64,000 bases of DNA from assembly GCF_988243305.1 (NCBI RefSeq), contig NZ_OZ547136.1. One strand, written 5' to 3'. Below are positions 25,985 to 40,081 of this stretch, in pieces. Position numbers and translations under genes: made by a program. A model generated the notes under the pieces. That model worked only from the letters and a program-made list of their open reading frames with translations, did not search any database and was not told the origin of the DNA. The first letter of the stretch is position 1. Every line of letters begins with the position of its first letter.

Positions 25985-26551
25985 TTATACTCCATAGTCA
26001 GATGACGACTTTCCCAGCATGCGCTTCAGAGTGTCGTCTTTATCGATGAAATGATGCTTCAGGGCCATAAATCCATGCATAACGGACAGTACTACGACGC
26101 TCCACGCGAGCCAAAAATGCAGGGCACCGGCAAAGTCAGCCTGTGCGCCAGCGTCGGCGAGGGTCGCGGGGACGTCAAACCAGCCAAAAACGCTGATCGG
26201 TTTACCATCGGCAGTTGAGATCAGATAGCCGCTGATGCCGATGGCGAACAGCAATAAGTACAATGCGAGATGTCCAGCCTTTGCGCCAAGACGAGTCATG
26301 GGCGAATAACTCTGCAGCGGACCCGGCGGTGGAGATATGACGCGCCACAGAACGCGAATAACCAGCCCCATCATTAACAAAATGCCGATGCTTTTATGCA
26401 CTTCGGGTGCTTTGTGATACCAGCCATCGTAATAACTGAGCGTGACCATCCACAGACCTAAAGCAAACATGCCGTAGACAATAATTGCGCTTAGCCAATG
26501 TAAGGCCGCAGATATAACACCATAGCGTTCAGGGGTATTTGTGAATGACAT
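25985..26551 (-). CDS. yceJ: Cytochrome b561 homolog YceJ
   Basis: 188 aa from MSFTNTPERYG; membrane protein. Confidence 0.9.
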   Translation of the reverse strand: MSFTNTPERYGVISAALHWLSAIIVYGMFALGLWMVTLSYYDGWYHKAPEVHKSIGILLMMGLVIRVLWRVISPPPGPLQSYSPMTRLGAKAGHLALYLLLFAIGISGYLISTADGKPISVFGWFDVPATLADAGAQADFAGALHFWLAWSVVVLSVMHGFMALKHHFIDKDDTLKRMLGKSSSDYGV

Positions 26552-26811
26552 AAGTGCATCCAAAACGAATTTGCGAGAGAAAGAAAATGGCGTGTCGGAG
26601 AATGAAATGCAACACAAAAATAACAAATTGAATGATATTTATTTTTATTTCAATAATTTTGAATTAATAATGAAAGAATCTTCATAAGTTTAGTGGATTC
26701 AGCATTTGGAAGGTCTGGTGAGTGCTGTAGAGGCAGGAAGAATCTCATTCAATTTTTCACGCTAAATGAAAGGGAGATTAAATATTTGTCAGTTTATGTC
26801 AGTACAGAAAA

Positions 26812-26952
26812 CTAAAAATAAAACACATAGATCAGATCCATAATTGCCAACAATCCCCAGAGAAAAAGATAAAGCATCAGATGCTCGCGAATATTATTGA
26901 TGAGATAGTGCAACAGCCGACGCATTAAATACTCCTGTAAAAACGGCCTCAT
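26812..26952 (-). CDS. yceO: Small membrane protein YceO (46 aa)
   Basis: Read by hand on minus strand: [46 protein letters not shown]; below the 60-aa cutoff of the ORF track. Confidence 0.8.
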
Positions 26953-26972
26953 TCTGGAGGCCGTAATGATGA

Positions 26973-28091
26973 TTATTGGAAGCGGGAAAGCCTGAATGGC
27001 GTCAAATCAAAATCGCTTTTTTTTTCTTGCGCAAAATCGGCAGCTATTTCCCCTAAAACTGACGCAAATTTAAAACCGTGCCCACTCAGGCCGGTAATGA
27101 GCAGTGTATTATCGTGGCCGGGTAGGGTATCGATAATAAAATCTTCGTCAGGCGAATTATCATAGGTGCAGGCAGCGCCGTACAGGCAGCAACCGATACC
27201 CGGCAATACATTGCGCAAGAACGGGAAGGCTTCCGAACCATCGCTGACCACTTCCGCAAACGGAACACGTTCATCCGCTGAATGGATAACCTGGCCTCCG
27301 TTATGTTTGCCAATCTTCAACGCGTCGTTTTCTGCCGGAAAACCATAATATTGATCGCCATTGGGCAGTTCACCGGTAAACGCCGGGAATTTATTCTTCA
27401 CGCTATAGCGACCATCGGCCTGATACCAGGCAAATACTTTGCGTACGGGCTGGACAGGCAGCTCCGGGAGCAGGTCTTTTACCCATGTTCCCGCGCAGAC
27501 AATCGCTTTTTTCGCCTGATAATCACCGTCAGCCGTTTCAATAGTTACGCCATCATCGTCATGACGAATTGCGGTGACCGGGCAGTTGAACAGCTGCGCA
27601 CAGCCCGCTTCCTTCGCCAGTTGGATCCAGGTTTTAATCGCCAGTTCGCTGCGCAAAAAACCGGAATCAGTCTCAAATAAGCCGATGTAGTTGTCCGGGA
27701 CGCGTATTTCCGGCCAGCGGGTCATAATCCCTTGCGCATCGAGCTTTTCAACGTTGAGTTGCCATTGTTCGGCGCTGTGGGCGACGTTGGCGAGAAATGT
27801 GGAATCAGCCGGGCCAAGGTTAATGACGCCAGAGCGTACAAAAATGGGATCTTCTTCGTTGTGGTGGGAGAGTTCATCCCACAGCGTTTGCGCGCGAAGA
27901 ACCAGCGGGACATACTTTTCGCCTTCACCATAAGCATGGCGAATTAATCGCGTATCGCCGTGGTGGCTGCCGTGTTGATGTGGTGGCATATGGGCGTCGG
28001 TCATAAGCACGTTTAAACCGGCGTGGGTTGCATAATACCCGGCGGCAGCGCCTACGGAACCGCTGCCAATAATGATGAGATCGTATTTCAT
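26973..28091 (-). CDS. solA: N-methyl-L-tryptophan oxidase SolA
   Basis: 372 aa; N-terminal FAD motif IIGSGSVG. Confidence 0.93.
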
Positions 28092-28205
28092 TTTTTTCTC
28101 TCTGCTCTCATGGTTTAAGCAGAGTAATTAACTGAATGCAGATATACAACCCAGAAATGGTAAAGGCACCGGTGAGGTGCCTTTTGGGTGGATGGTCATG
28201 TCATG

Positions 28206-28460
28206 TTAATGACGCCGATACTCGTTTACCGGGAAATCACCGGATTCAATTTTGGCGATTCCTGCTTCTAATATCGAAATAAATTGTCTGGCAACATCAG
28301 TGGTTAACCAGAGCGTCTGACCAACTTCAGTCCCTTCCTGCTCGGACTTATTTGGGGTCTGGTAGTGCAAACGCAACATCAGCGCATCATAGCTATCAAC
28401 GGTGCTGATGTCCCACCCTACGAGCGGATGAGTCTGAATGACTTCATTATTTTTTTCCAT
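28206..28460 (-). CDS. bssS: Biofilm regulator BssS
   Basis: 84 aa from MEKNNEVIQTHPLVGW. Confidence 0.9.
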   Translation of the reverse strand: MEKNNEVIQTHPLVGWDISTVDSYDALMLRLHYQTPNKSEQEGTEVGQTLWLTTDVARQFISILEAGIAKIESGDFPVNEYRRH

Positions 28461-28749
28461 CATGGCCCCCTAATTCGTGTTACTAGACAACGTTATTCGA
28501 GGTTCAATGCGTTTTTATCTGAAGCAACTTCAGTATACCAATAAGTAAGGGTATTCACCGAATTTTTAAAGGGGGGAACAGATAAATTTTTGCTTTTAAG
28601 ATTTATATGAACAATAAAACAGCATGTCATTCATATTTTTTTAGCATATTGTGCAATTATTTTGAGGAAGTGTAGAAATTTTGTACTCGAAATTTGTAAG
28701 TAAAATAAAAAAGCCGGGGCGACCCGGCAAAAACAAAAATCACTGCATA

Positions 28750-28995
28750 TTATTCGCTGACAAACCAGTCATCGGCGCTTTCCCACGTTTCCTGGATAAT
28801 TTCGCTAATGCGCTGTTTATCTTCTTTTGTCGCGCCAATAACCGATAAATTATTCGCTGCGGCATAACGTACCGATACGTGGCCTTCATTATCAGGAAAC
28901 GCATACTGAATACGGCGGGAAAGTTCGCCAGCCAGGGCGTCAATAGCCCCAGCTGGCAATGGAGAAGTTTTCGCTATGGTGACTTCAATTCGCAT
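28750..28995 (-). CDS. dinI: DNA damage-inducible protein DinI
   Basis: 81 aa from MRIEVTIAKTSPLPAG; LexA box immediately upstream. Confidence 0.93.
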   Translation of the reverse strand: MRIEVTIAKTSPLPAGAIDALAGELSRRIQYAFPDNEGHVSVRYAAANNLSVIGATKEDKQRISEIIQETWESADDWFVSE

Positions 28996-29014
28996 AATAG
29001 CCCCCTGTTGAATA

Positions 29015-29034
29015 TACTGGTTATTTATACAGGT
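29015..29034 (-). promoter_or_regulatory. LexA (SOS) box of dinI
   Basis: Minus strand reads ACCTGTATAAATAACCAGTA (CTG-N10-CAG) about 20 nt upstream of the dinI start. Confidence 0.8.
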
Positions 29035-29068
29035 AAAATAACCTAATGACAACAGGAAGCTACGATTT

Positions 29069-30115
29069 TTATTGTTTAACGGACCAGCGTACCGTTTCTC
29101 CGGCGAGGAATGGCACCAGCGTGTCATCAGTCAGTGCGATGCTTTCAGCAACCTGTTGCTCTTCACGTACCAGTTCGATGAATGTGTCGTTGACCGGCAA
29201 GCCATAGAACTGCGGGCCGTTTACAGAACAGAATGCTTCAAAGTGCTGCAGAGCATTCATCTCTTCAAAGACGGTAGCGTAACTGCCCAGCGCGGTTGGG
29301 GCATTGAAGCAGCCCGCGCAGCCGCAGCTACTCTCTTTGCGATGACGTGCATGCGGCGCAGAATCCGTACCGAGGAATACGCGATTAAAACCGCTGGCGA
29401 CTAGTTCACGCAATGCCTGTTGGTGAATATTGCGTTTGAGGATGGGTAGACAATACAGATGTGGACGCACGCCACCAACCAGCATATGGTTGCGGTTAAA
29501 CATCAGATGCTGCGGAGTGATGGTGGCAGCCAGCCGTTCATTTCCGTTACGGACATAGTCGGCAGCATCTTTGGTGGTGATGTGCTCAAAAACGACTTTC
29601 AGCGCAGTCAGGCGCTGGCGCAGCGGTTCCATCACGCTTTCAATAAAGCGCGCTTCACGATCAAAAATGTCGATATCTGCATGTGTCACTTCACCATGCA
29701 CCAGTAACGGCATACCGATTTTTTCCATGCGCTCAAGTACCGGCATGATTGCGTCAACTGACGTCACGCCGTGACTGGAGTTAGTGGTTGCGTTTGCCGG
29801 GTAAAGTTTGGCAGCGGTGAACACGCCTTCGTTAAATCCACGCTCAAGCTCATTAGGGTCTAGTGAATCTGTCAAATAACAGGTCATCAGCGGGGTGAAA
29901 TCGTGCCCGGCAGGTACGGCGTCAAGAATACGCTGGCGATAAGCCACGGCAGCCTCAACGGTGGTCACGGGCGGAGCCAGATTGGGCATTACGATAGCCC
30001 GTCCATAAATTTCGCTGGTATACGGCACGACAGTTTTTAACATGTCGCCATCGCGGAGGTGAAGGTGCCAGTCGTCTGGGCGGCGGATCTTTAATACCTG
30101 GGATGGTGCAGTCAT
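29069..30115 (-). CDS. pyrC: Dihydroorotase PyrC
   Basis: 348 aa; N-terminal [10 protein letters not shown] metal-binding motif. Confidence 0.95.
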   Translation of the reverse strand: MTAPSQVLKIRRPDDWHLHLRDGDMLKTVVPYTSEIYGRAIVMPNLAPPVTTVEAAVAYRQRILDAVPAGHDFTPLMTCYLTDSLDPNELERGFNEGVFTAAKLYPANATTNSSHGVTSVDAIMPVLERMEKIGMPLLVHGEVTHADIDIFDREARFIESVMEPLRQRLTALKVVFEHITTKDAADYVRNGNERLAATITPQHLMFNRNHMLVGGVRPHLYCLPILKRNIHQQALRELVASGFNRVFLGTDSAPHARHRKESSCGCAGCFNAPTALGSYATVFEEMNALQHFEAFCSVNGPQFYGLPVNDTFIELVREEQQVAESIALTDDTLVPFLAGETVRWSVKQ

Positions 30116-30220
30116 TAATCTCTATGCTCCGGCTGAAGGGATGTTTTTGCCGGACACAAAGGATAAGCGGAAACGTTTTCCTTTGCACGAAAAATAAAGG
30201 GCGCGAATGCGCCCTCGTGA

Positions 30221-30781
30221 TTAATCAGTAAACGGAATGACAATTTCGCCTGGCTTCACTTCAATGCCTTTCGCCAGTTTCTTCGCCATTGCTTCGCCCT
30301 GGCTGCCATCTTCGCGCAGGACGTAAGCAGGTTGCTGGTTAAAGTAATTGCGTAATGCCTGGTTCAGATAGGGAAGCAACGTTTGCATCACCGTTTGCAT
30401 TTTTTCCGGTTGTACCGTCGCATCGACCACTTCCATCTCTTTCAGGAAGATCGCGCCTTTTTCTTTATCAAACACGGGCAGCGCTTTCAGCTTCAGTTTC
30501 ATGGTCGCTTTCTGGCTACCGAACAGGGAGTTCATGTCCAGATTGGCGTCTCCGGTTAGGGTAACCTTATTCGGCTCTTCGCGACCAATTTGGCTGGTCA
30601 GGTTTGTCAGAACAATATGGGCATCAGCCACGCCGGGTAAACCGATATCTTTTGAGAAATTATTATGTTTCGCAAGCGACTGGTTAATTTCTTGTTCGGT
30701 GATGGTGTATTGGGTGAGTTGATTACAGCCAACGAGCAGGCCACTGACGATCAATGCAGCGGCAAATAAAAACTTGTTCAT
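30221..30781 (-). CDS. yceB: Lipoprotein YceB
   Basis: 186 aa from MNKFLFAAALIVSGLLVGC (lipobox). Confidence 0.88.
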   Translation of the reverse strand: MNKFLFAAALIVSGLLVGCNQLTQYTITEQEINQSLAKHNNFSKDIGLPGVADAHIVLTNLTSQIGREEPNKVTLTGDANLDMNSLFGSQKATMKLKLKALPVFDKEKGAIFLKEMEVVDATVQPEKMQTVMQTLLPYLNQALRNYFNQQPAYVLREDGSQGEAMAKKLAKGIEVKPGEIVIPFTD

Positions 30782-30914
30782 GGTAGTCCTCGACATGAAA
30801 TCTGCGTCAATATCCTGACACAACGCAGCATGTGTCACCAGCGATAAACGCGCCAGCAGAAAAAACTGAAAACGGCGGCAACCCGCGAATACAGGCTGCC
30901 GCGGCGGGTCAGGA

Positions 30915-31562
30915 TTAAATCGCCATTGATGATAACAAATTGATTTGTGTCTGTTTCGCCATATTATCGCGGTAATCAGCAACGCGGCTTGGCCAGTTGA
31001 TTCCGGCTACTAGCGTCAGATTACGCAGGAGCGGAAATAGCTGAATATCATCTTCCGAAAGTTCGCCATTCACGGCGTTCGGTTTGACGATCAGTTTGTC
31101 CAGCGCACGTAAATCATCGCTGATATTCTTAATCAGACCGTCAGAGTGGGCCAGCAGGTCGGCAAAATTACCCGCGCTGGCCTCTTTCTTTTCGACGAAA
31201 TATTTGCGCGCGGCAGGAGTAGAAAACTCATCAAATGCCGATTTGGCAAAACGCGGCAACAGCAGTTTGTTGGCGTAGCCATTGACCTTGCGCAACCACT
31301 CTTCAATGGCAGGGGAACGTTTGCCGGTCAGTAACGGTTTGCCGTCGAGTTTATCGACATAGTGAACGATGTCCATGCTTTCTGGCATATAGCGGCTGTC
31401 ATCTTTTTGCAGAATGGGAACCTGTTTTTGACCGACCATCCGGGTGGGTGTTTCTGCGTCGTCGTTGAGCAGAACATGTAATTCGACGGGGATATTTTTC
31501 AGGCCGAAAATCATGCGGGCTTTGAGGCAGTAAGGGCAGTGATCGTAAATGTATAGCTTCAC
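30915..31562 (-). CDS. grxB: Glutaredoxin 2
   Basis: 215 aa; active site CPYC near N-terminus. Confidence 0.95.
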   Translation of the reverse strand: MKLYIYDHCPYCLKARMIFGLKNIPVELHVLLNDDAETPTRMVGQKQVPILQKDDSRYMPESMDIVHYVDKLDGKPLLTGKRSPAIEEWLRKVNGYANKLLLPRFAKSAFDEFSTPAARKYFVEKKEASAGNFADLLAHSDGLIKNISDDLRALDKLIVKPNAVNGELSEDDIQLFPLLRNLTLVAGINWPSRVADYRDNMAKQTQINLLSSMAI

Positions 31563-31625
31563 GTGACTCCTCCATTTGGCTGTCAGTTCACTTTCAGTAT
31601 GGAGGAGTCAGGGGGGAGTATCAAA

Positions 31626-32834
31626 TCAGGCGTCGCGTTCCAGCAAACGACGCGCGGCGCGTTTCTGGCTAAACTGCCAACCCAGCGCAAGGAAAGTGAA
31701 GATGCCAATAATGCCCAGCATCATCCACGGAAGCTCTGGCTGGTGCGCCGATTTGCCCAGGTCAAACAGCCAGCCGCCACCGATATAACCAATAGCGCCG
31801 CCAATCGCCAGACCCAGACGGCTAAACCCCATATAGCTGCCGCGAGCTCTTGCGTCTGCCAGCGAAGCACTTAAGGTTTCACGCGCAGGCTCGGCAATGA
31901 TCGACCCGATATAAAACAGACAAATTAGGGTGAAAAGTTGTTGCAAGCCGCTGACCATGCCCACTGGCATCATGCTTAATGACATTATCAACAGCCCAGC
32001 CATTAACCGGTGTTCCAGACGAAAATGCTTTTCACTCCAGCGGGCGATAGGGTAGAGCAACGTTAACGACAGACACGCTTCAATGGCATACATCCATTTA
32101 ACGGCAGAGGGCGCGCCCGCCACGTCGTTGACCATAATTGGCAGCATCAGCATCACTTGTACAGCCAGCATGTAGTAACCCGCCAGCGTCAGGACATAGG
32201 TGACAAAACGTTTGTCACGCATCACGCGGGTCATGCCTTCGCGAACGGGCGTGCGTACAGTGGAGAGTTTCCATGCCGGTAACAACCACGCATTGAACGC
32301 TGCACACAGCACAAACAAAACTGCCCCTGTGGCGCAGACCAGGCGAAAGTCGTATTGCAACAGCCAGCTCCCCAACAATGCGCCAATGACCGCACCGGCA
32401 CTGTCCTGCATCATCAACAGCGAGAAAAAACGACCACGCTGTTGTGGACGGATTAGTTTCACCACCAGCGCCGAACGCGGCGGATCAAACAACGTGCCGC
32501 CGAGTCCCGAGAGCAGGCATGAAAACCACAGTAGCCACGGTTCGTGGGCGATACCCATTGTGGCGAATCCGGCGGCACGCATCAGCATACCGGTAACAAT
32601 CATCGGTTTGGCACCAAAGCGGTCGGCAATTGCGCCGCCGAAAATACCCAGACCTTGCTGAATAAACTGGCGTAGACCGAGGGCAATACCGACCATGACG
32701 GCGGCCCAGCCCATTTGATCAACGAAGCGGATAGAGATCAGCGGGAAGACAACAAAGAACCCCAGCACGACCAGCATATTATCGATGAGCAGGAAATATT
32801 TACCCAGGTTCCTGGCCTGCGACACGCGGGACAT
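31626..32834 (-). CDS. mdtH: MFS transporter MdtH
   Basis: 402 aa from [14 protein letters not shown]. Confidence 0.92.
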
Positions 32835-33069
32835 TTCCCCTCCCGGGAAATAAAAGATGAGCACTTTCTATTCTGCATTGCCGCTAAGACTTTTCCCATC
32901 ATTTCGGGGACAATATTTTTTTATCAAAACGTCGCTTTGATAGAGAGTTTTTATCAAATATGTGAATAATGCAGAAAATGGCATTCTGGACTTTTCACAG
33001 GGTCTGGTTGCGCAGGTATAGTAATACTTACAGCGTATTAAAGACGTTACGGGAAGGAGTAGGTATAGA

Positions 33070-34312
<1,243 letters not shown>

Positions 34313-34313
34313 A

Positions 34314-35237
34314 GTGAAAAAATTACGTATCGGCGTAGTGGGGTTAGGCGGCATCGCGCAAAAGGCGTGGTTACCGGTGCTGGCGGCAGCGTCTGACTGG
34401 ACGTTACAAGGTGCGTGGTCGCCTACGCGCGCGAAAGCCTTGCCAATTTGTGACAGCTGGCGCATTCCTTATGCCGATTCGTTATCCAGCCTTGCCGCCA
34501 GTTGCGATGCGGTTTTTGTGCATTCCAGCACCGCCAGCCACTTTGACGTGGTCAGTACGTTACTCAATGCGGGGGTACATGTCTGTGTCGATAAACCGCT
34601 GGCAGAAAATCTGCGCGATGCTGAACGGCTGGTGGAACTTGCGGCACGGAAAAAACTGACGTTGATGGTCGGTTTTAACCGTCGTTTCGCACCACTCTAC
34701 GGTGAGTTAAAAACGCAACTCGCCACCGCAGCCTCGCTAAGAATGGATAAACATCGTAGCAATAGCGTCGGGCCACACGATCTTTATTTCACGTTGCTGG
34801 ATGATTATCTGCATGTGGTGGATACCGCGCTGTGGTTGTCGGGCGGTAAAGCCTCTCTGGATGGCGGTACGCTACTGACTAATGACGCTGGCGAAATGCT
34901 GTTTGCCGAGCACCATTTTTCGGCCGGTCCTTTGCAGATCACCACCTGTATGCATCGCCGTGCCGGAAGCCAGCGTGAAACCGTGCAGGCCGTGACTGAC
35001 GGTGCGCTCATCGACATTACGGATATGCGCGAATGGCGTGAGGAGCGCGGGCAGGGCGTAGTGCATAAACCGATTCCTGGTTGGCAGAGTACGCTTGAGC
35101 AACGTGGATTTGTCGGCTGTGCGCGGCACTTCATTGAATGTGTGCAAAATCAGACAGTTCCGCAAACCGCCGGCGAACAGGCAGTGCTGGCGCAACGTAT
35201 CGTTGACAAGATCTGGCGCGATGCGATGAGTGAATAA
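34314..35237 (+). CDS. mviM: Gfo/Idh/MocA-family oxidoreductase MviM (YceM)
   Basis: GTG start 2 nt after yceH stop; Rossmann motif GVVGLGGIA. Confidence 0.88.
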   Translation: MKKLRIGVVGLGGIAQKAWLPVLAAASDWTLQGAWSPTRAKALPICDSWRIPYADSLSSLAASCDAVFVHSSTASHFDVVSTLLNAGVHVCVDKPLAENLRDAERLVELAARKKLTLMVGFNRRFAPLYGELKTQLATAASLRMDKHRSNSVGPHDLYFTLLDDYLHVVDTALWLSGGKASLDGGTLLTNDAGEMLFAEHHFSAGPLQITTCMHRRAGSQRETVQAVTDGALIDITDMREWREERGQGVVHKPIPGWQSTLEQRGFVGCARHFIECVQNQTVPQTAGEQAVLAQRIVDKIWRDAMSE

Positions 35238-35259
35238 ACCCTGTAACATCTGGCGGTAG

Positions 35260-36882
<1,623 letters not shown>

Positions 36883-36890
36883 CAATGTAT

Positions 36891-36913
36891 TCCGGCCTGC
36901 AGTGCAGGCCGGA
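36891..36913. terminator. Hairpin between convergent murJ and flgN (putative terminator)
   Basis: TCCGGCCTGCAGTGCAGGCCGGA palindrome; no clean T-tract. Confidence 0.5.
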
Positions 36914-36921
36914 GATAATCT

Positions 36922-37338
36922 TCAGATCGAAATCTTTTTACTGCCGCGATGGGTTGTTGAGGTCTGACCGTTCGCTCCATATAGCGTCGGTTCCTGATGC
37001 GGTTTCAACATTTCCAGCGCCTGTTGATTGCGCTCAATCTGTCCTTCCAGTAACCAGCCGTTATGTTGATTCATTTGGCGTAGTTGCTGCGTTTTCACAG
37101 TAATTGCCTGCCAGCGTTGACTAATATCAACGCTATTTGCTGTATTGGGTTCTTTCCTGCGTAATTGTTCGAGGTAATCCAGCGTCGCCAGCAGAGAGCT
37201 TTTTTGTTCTGTAATCCATTGCAACTGGCTGCCGTTGATCTGCCCCATAGAGAGATGTTGCTGCTCTTGATCCATTACCGTTTTGAGATCGTTAAGCACA
37301 GCGGACATCTGGTCGAGGATCTCTGCAAGACGTGTCAT
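36922..37338 (-). CDS. flgN: Flagellar export chaperone FlgN
   Basis: 138-aa ORF. Confidence 0.95.
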   Translation of the reverse strand: MTRLAEILDQMSAVLNDLKTVMDQEQQHLSMGQINGSQLQWITEQKSSLLATLDYLEQLRRKEPNTANSVDISQRWQAITVKTQQLRQMNQHNGWLLEGQIERNQQALEMLKPHQEPTLYGANGQTSTTHRGSKKISI

Positions 37339-37342
37339 ACGA

Positions 37343-37636
37343 TCAGTTACTCTGCAAGTCTTGCTGAGCTTCGTTGATCAGCGCATCGGCAATTTTGCCT
37401 GTGTCCATTTTTAGTTCACCGTTACGAATCGCCAGTTTTAACGCTTCGACACGTTCAAGATTGATATCACTGCTGCCGGGTTGCATCAGTTTTGCTTGCG
37501 CGTCGCTTAACGTCACACTGGTGCTGGTGGAGGCGGTTGTTTTTGCCGCCCGGGTGTTCGTTACCGGCGCGTCAGTGGTTTCGCGCGGTTGAACGGTGCT
37601 TACGGGCTTCAGAGGCGAAGTGCGATCAATACTCAT
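37343..37636 (-). CDS. flgM: Anti-sigma-28 factor FlgM
   Basis: 97-aa ORF. Confidence 0.95.
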   Translation of the reverse strand: MSIDRTSPLKPVSTVQPRETTDAPVTNTRAAKTTASTSTSVTLSDAQAKLMQPGSSDINLERVEALKLAIRNGELKMDTGKIADALINEAQQDLQSN

Positions 37637-37679
37637 GGTTTATTCCTCATTGAGGGCGCTTTTATCATGTGTTGCTTAT

Positions 37680-37708
37680 TTATCGGCAAGGGACGGGTAA
37701 TCTTTAAC
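37680..37708 (-). promoter_or_regulatory. Sigma-28 (FliA) class 3 promoter for flgMN
   Basis: Minus strand reads TAAAGATT-N11-GCCGATAA versus consensus TAAAGTTT-N11-GCCGATAA. Confidence 0.75.
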
Positions 37709-37711
37709 AGC

Positions 37712-38371
37712 TTACAGGTTTATAAGAATATTCCCATCTGCATCAACAACGCCGCTGACCACCTGTCCCGATACCATGCGCACCCGCGCATTCTGTGCGA
37801 CGGCAGCATTGTTCAGCGCCTGACCTTCTGCGTTGGCGCTAAACCCATCACCGCTGGCGATCACGTTGACGCGTTGTCCCGCTTTTACCCGCCATGCCTG
37901 GCGAAACTGGGTTAACTGGATAGGTTGATCGGGTGATAGATCGCGCAGGCTAACGGCATCAACAAGTTGATTGATATCCAGCACCGTACGCGGTGGCAAG
38001 GTGTCCAGCCGTCCGCGTTTCAGTTTGACATTGCCAGCTTCCAGCTTTCCTCCCCGCACAATGGGCATTGCGGCAACCACATAATTTCCTGTGGCCTGCA
38101 CATTAACCTGTAAATATCGTTTGTCGTTACCGCAGCGTGCCAACACATTCACATTGCCCCACAGGCGGGAATTATTGCTCATCGAAAGCAATGGCTGCTC
38201 GCACGGCGGTAGTAGATTGGGCGCTGTACGAATAGAAACACGAACCTCATCACTTACCCCCGCGAGCTGGGCGCTAAAAAAGGTGTGCAATTGCGATGTG
38301 AGATTGCTCGCCGCACTTAACGGACTGAACAGTATCGCGATGATCGCCACGCTACGTTTTATTGCCAGCAT
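37712..38371 (-). CDS. flgA: Flagellar P-ring assembly chaperone FlgA
   Basis: 219 aa with signal peptide. Confidence 0.95.
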   Translation of the reverse strand: MLAIKRSVAIIAILFSPLSAASNLTSQLHTFFSAQLAGVSDEVRVSIRTAPNLLPPCEQPLLSMSNNSRLWGNVNVLARCGNDKRYLQVNVQATGNYVVAAMPIVRGGKLEAGNVKLKRGRLDTLPPRTVLDINQLVDAVSLRDLSPDQPIQLTQFRQAWRVKAGQRVNVIASGDGFSANAEGQALNNAAVAQNARVRMVSGQVVSGVVDADGNILINL

Positions 38372-38525
38372 TTTCGCCCCCTGCCATTTCTACAACGTGA
38401 ATTGTACCTGTCCGCAATGACCATCAACGGCATAAATAGCGACCCATTTTGCGTTTATTCCGCCGATAACGCGCGCGTAAAGGCATTTAAGCTGATGGCA
38501 GAATTTTGATACCTGCGGAGGAGAT
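38372..38525. promoter_or_regulatory. flgA-flgB divergent promoter region (class 2, FlhDC-dependent in K-12)
   Basis: 154-bp gap between divergent flgA and flgB starts; binding sites not mapped here. Confidence 0.6.
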
Positions 38526-38942
38526 ATGCTCGATAAGCTCGACGCCGCCTTACGTTTTCAACAAGAGGCGCTCAATCTGCGCGCCCAGCGTCAGGAAGTG
38601 CTGGCAGCAAACATCGCCAATGCCGATACCCCTGGTTATCAGGCGCGCGATATCGATTTTGCCAGTGAACTTAAAAAAGTCATGCAACGTGGACGGGATG
38701 CAACCAGTGTGGTTGCACTGACGATGACCTCAACGCAACACATTCCGGCGCAGGCGCTGACGCCTCCTACCGCAGAACTGCAATACCGTATTCCGGACCA
38801 GCCTTCGCTTGACGGTAATACCGTCGATATGGATCGCGAACGCACCCAGTTTGCCGATAACAGCCTGCAATACCAGATGAGCCTTAGCGCGTTGAGCGGG
38901 CAAATCAAAGGCATGATGAACGTTTTACAGAGCGGAAATTAA
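38526..38942 (+). CDS. flgB: Flagellar proximal rod protein FlgB
   Basis: 138-aa ORF. Confidence 0.95.
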
Positions 38943-38945
38943 CGG

Positions 38946-39350
38946 ATGGCACTGCTGAATATTTTTGATATCGCCGGGTCGGCGTTAACTGCCCAGTCCC
39001 AGCGTCTGAACGTGGCGGCCAGTAATCTGGCGAATGCTGATAGCGTGACCGGTCCCGATGGACAGCCATATCGGGCAAAACAGGTGGTATTCCAGGTTAA
39101 CGCTGCACCAGGTGCTGCGACAGGCGGCGTAAAGGTTGCCGATGTTATAGAAAGTCAGGCCCCGGACAAACTGGTTTATGAACCGGGTAATCCGCTGGCG
39201 GATGCAAAGGGCTACGTGAAAATGCCAAACGTTGATGTCGTCGGAGAGATGGTTAACACCATGTCGGCGTCACGCAGCTATCAGGCCAATGTTGAAGTGC
39301 TCAACACGGTGAAAAGCATGATGCTGAAAACCCTTACGCTCGGTCAATAA
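38946..39350 (+). CDS. flgC: Flagellar proximal rod protein FlgC
   Basis: 134-aa ORF. Confidence 0.95.
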
Positions 39351-39361
39351 AGGAGAAAACT

Positions 39362-40057
39362 ATGTCCATTGCGGTAACCACCACCGATCCGACAAATACC
39401 GGCGTCAGCACCACCAGTAGTAGTTCGCTCACGGGCAGCAACGCCGCAGATTTACAAAGCAGTTTTCTGACTTTGTTGGTGGCGCAGCTGAAAAACCAGG
39501 ACCCGACCAATCCAATGGAAAACAACGAGCTGACGTCGCAATTGGCTCAAATCAGCACGGTCAGCGGGATTGAAAAACTCAATACCACGCTCGGATCTAT
39601 TTCCGGACAGATTGATAACAGCCAGTCGTTACAGGCCAGTAACCTGATCGGTCACGGCGTGATGATCCCCGGCACCACTGTTCTTGCGGGAACCGGCAGT
39701 GAAGAAGGGGCTGTGACCACGACCACGCCGTTTGGTGTTGAGCTGCAACAGGCGGCAGACAAAGTTACGGCCACCATCACCGATAAAAATGGCGCGGTTG
39801 TCCGTACCATTGATATTGGTGAACTGACCGCCGGAGTCCACAGTTTCACCTGGGACGGTACGTTGACTGACGGCACCACTGCGCCGAACGGTTCTTACAA
39901 CGTAGCGATTAGCGCCAGTAACGGTGGTACACAACTGGTTGCCCAGCCGCTGCAGTTTGCTCTGGTGCAGGGTGTGATCCGCGGCAACAACGGTAATACG
40001 CTGGATCTCGGCACTTACGGCACCACCACCCTCGACGAAGTACGGCAGATAATTTAA
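39362..40057 (+). CDS. flgD: Flagellar hook cap protein FlgD
   Basis: 231-aa ORF. Confidence 0.95.
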   Translation: MSIAVTTTDPTNTGVSTTSSSSLTGSNAADLQSSFLTLLVAQLKNQDPTNPMENNELTSQLAQISTVSGIEKLNTTLGSISGQIDNSQSLQASNLIGHGVMIPGTTVLAGTGSEEGAVTTTTPFGVELQQAADKVTATITDKNGAVVRTIDIGELTAGVHSFTWDGTLTDGTTAPNGSYNVAISASNGGTQLVAQPLQFALVQGVIRGNNGNTLDLGTYGTTTLDEVRQII

Positions 40058-40081
40058 GCCTTCACATTTCAGGAGTCAGTC

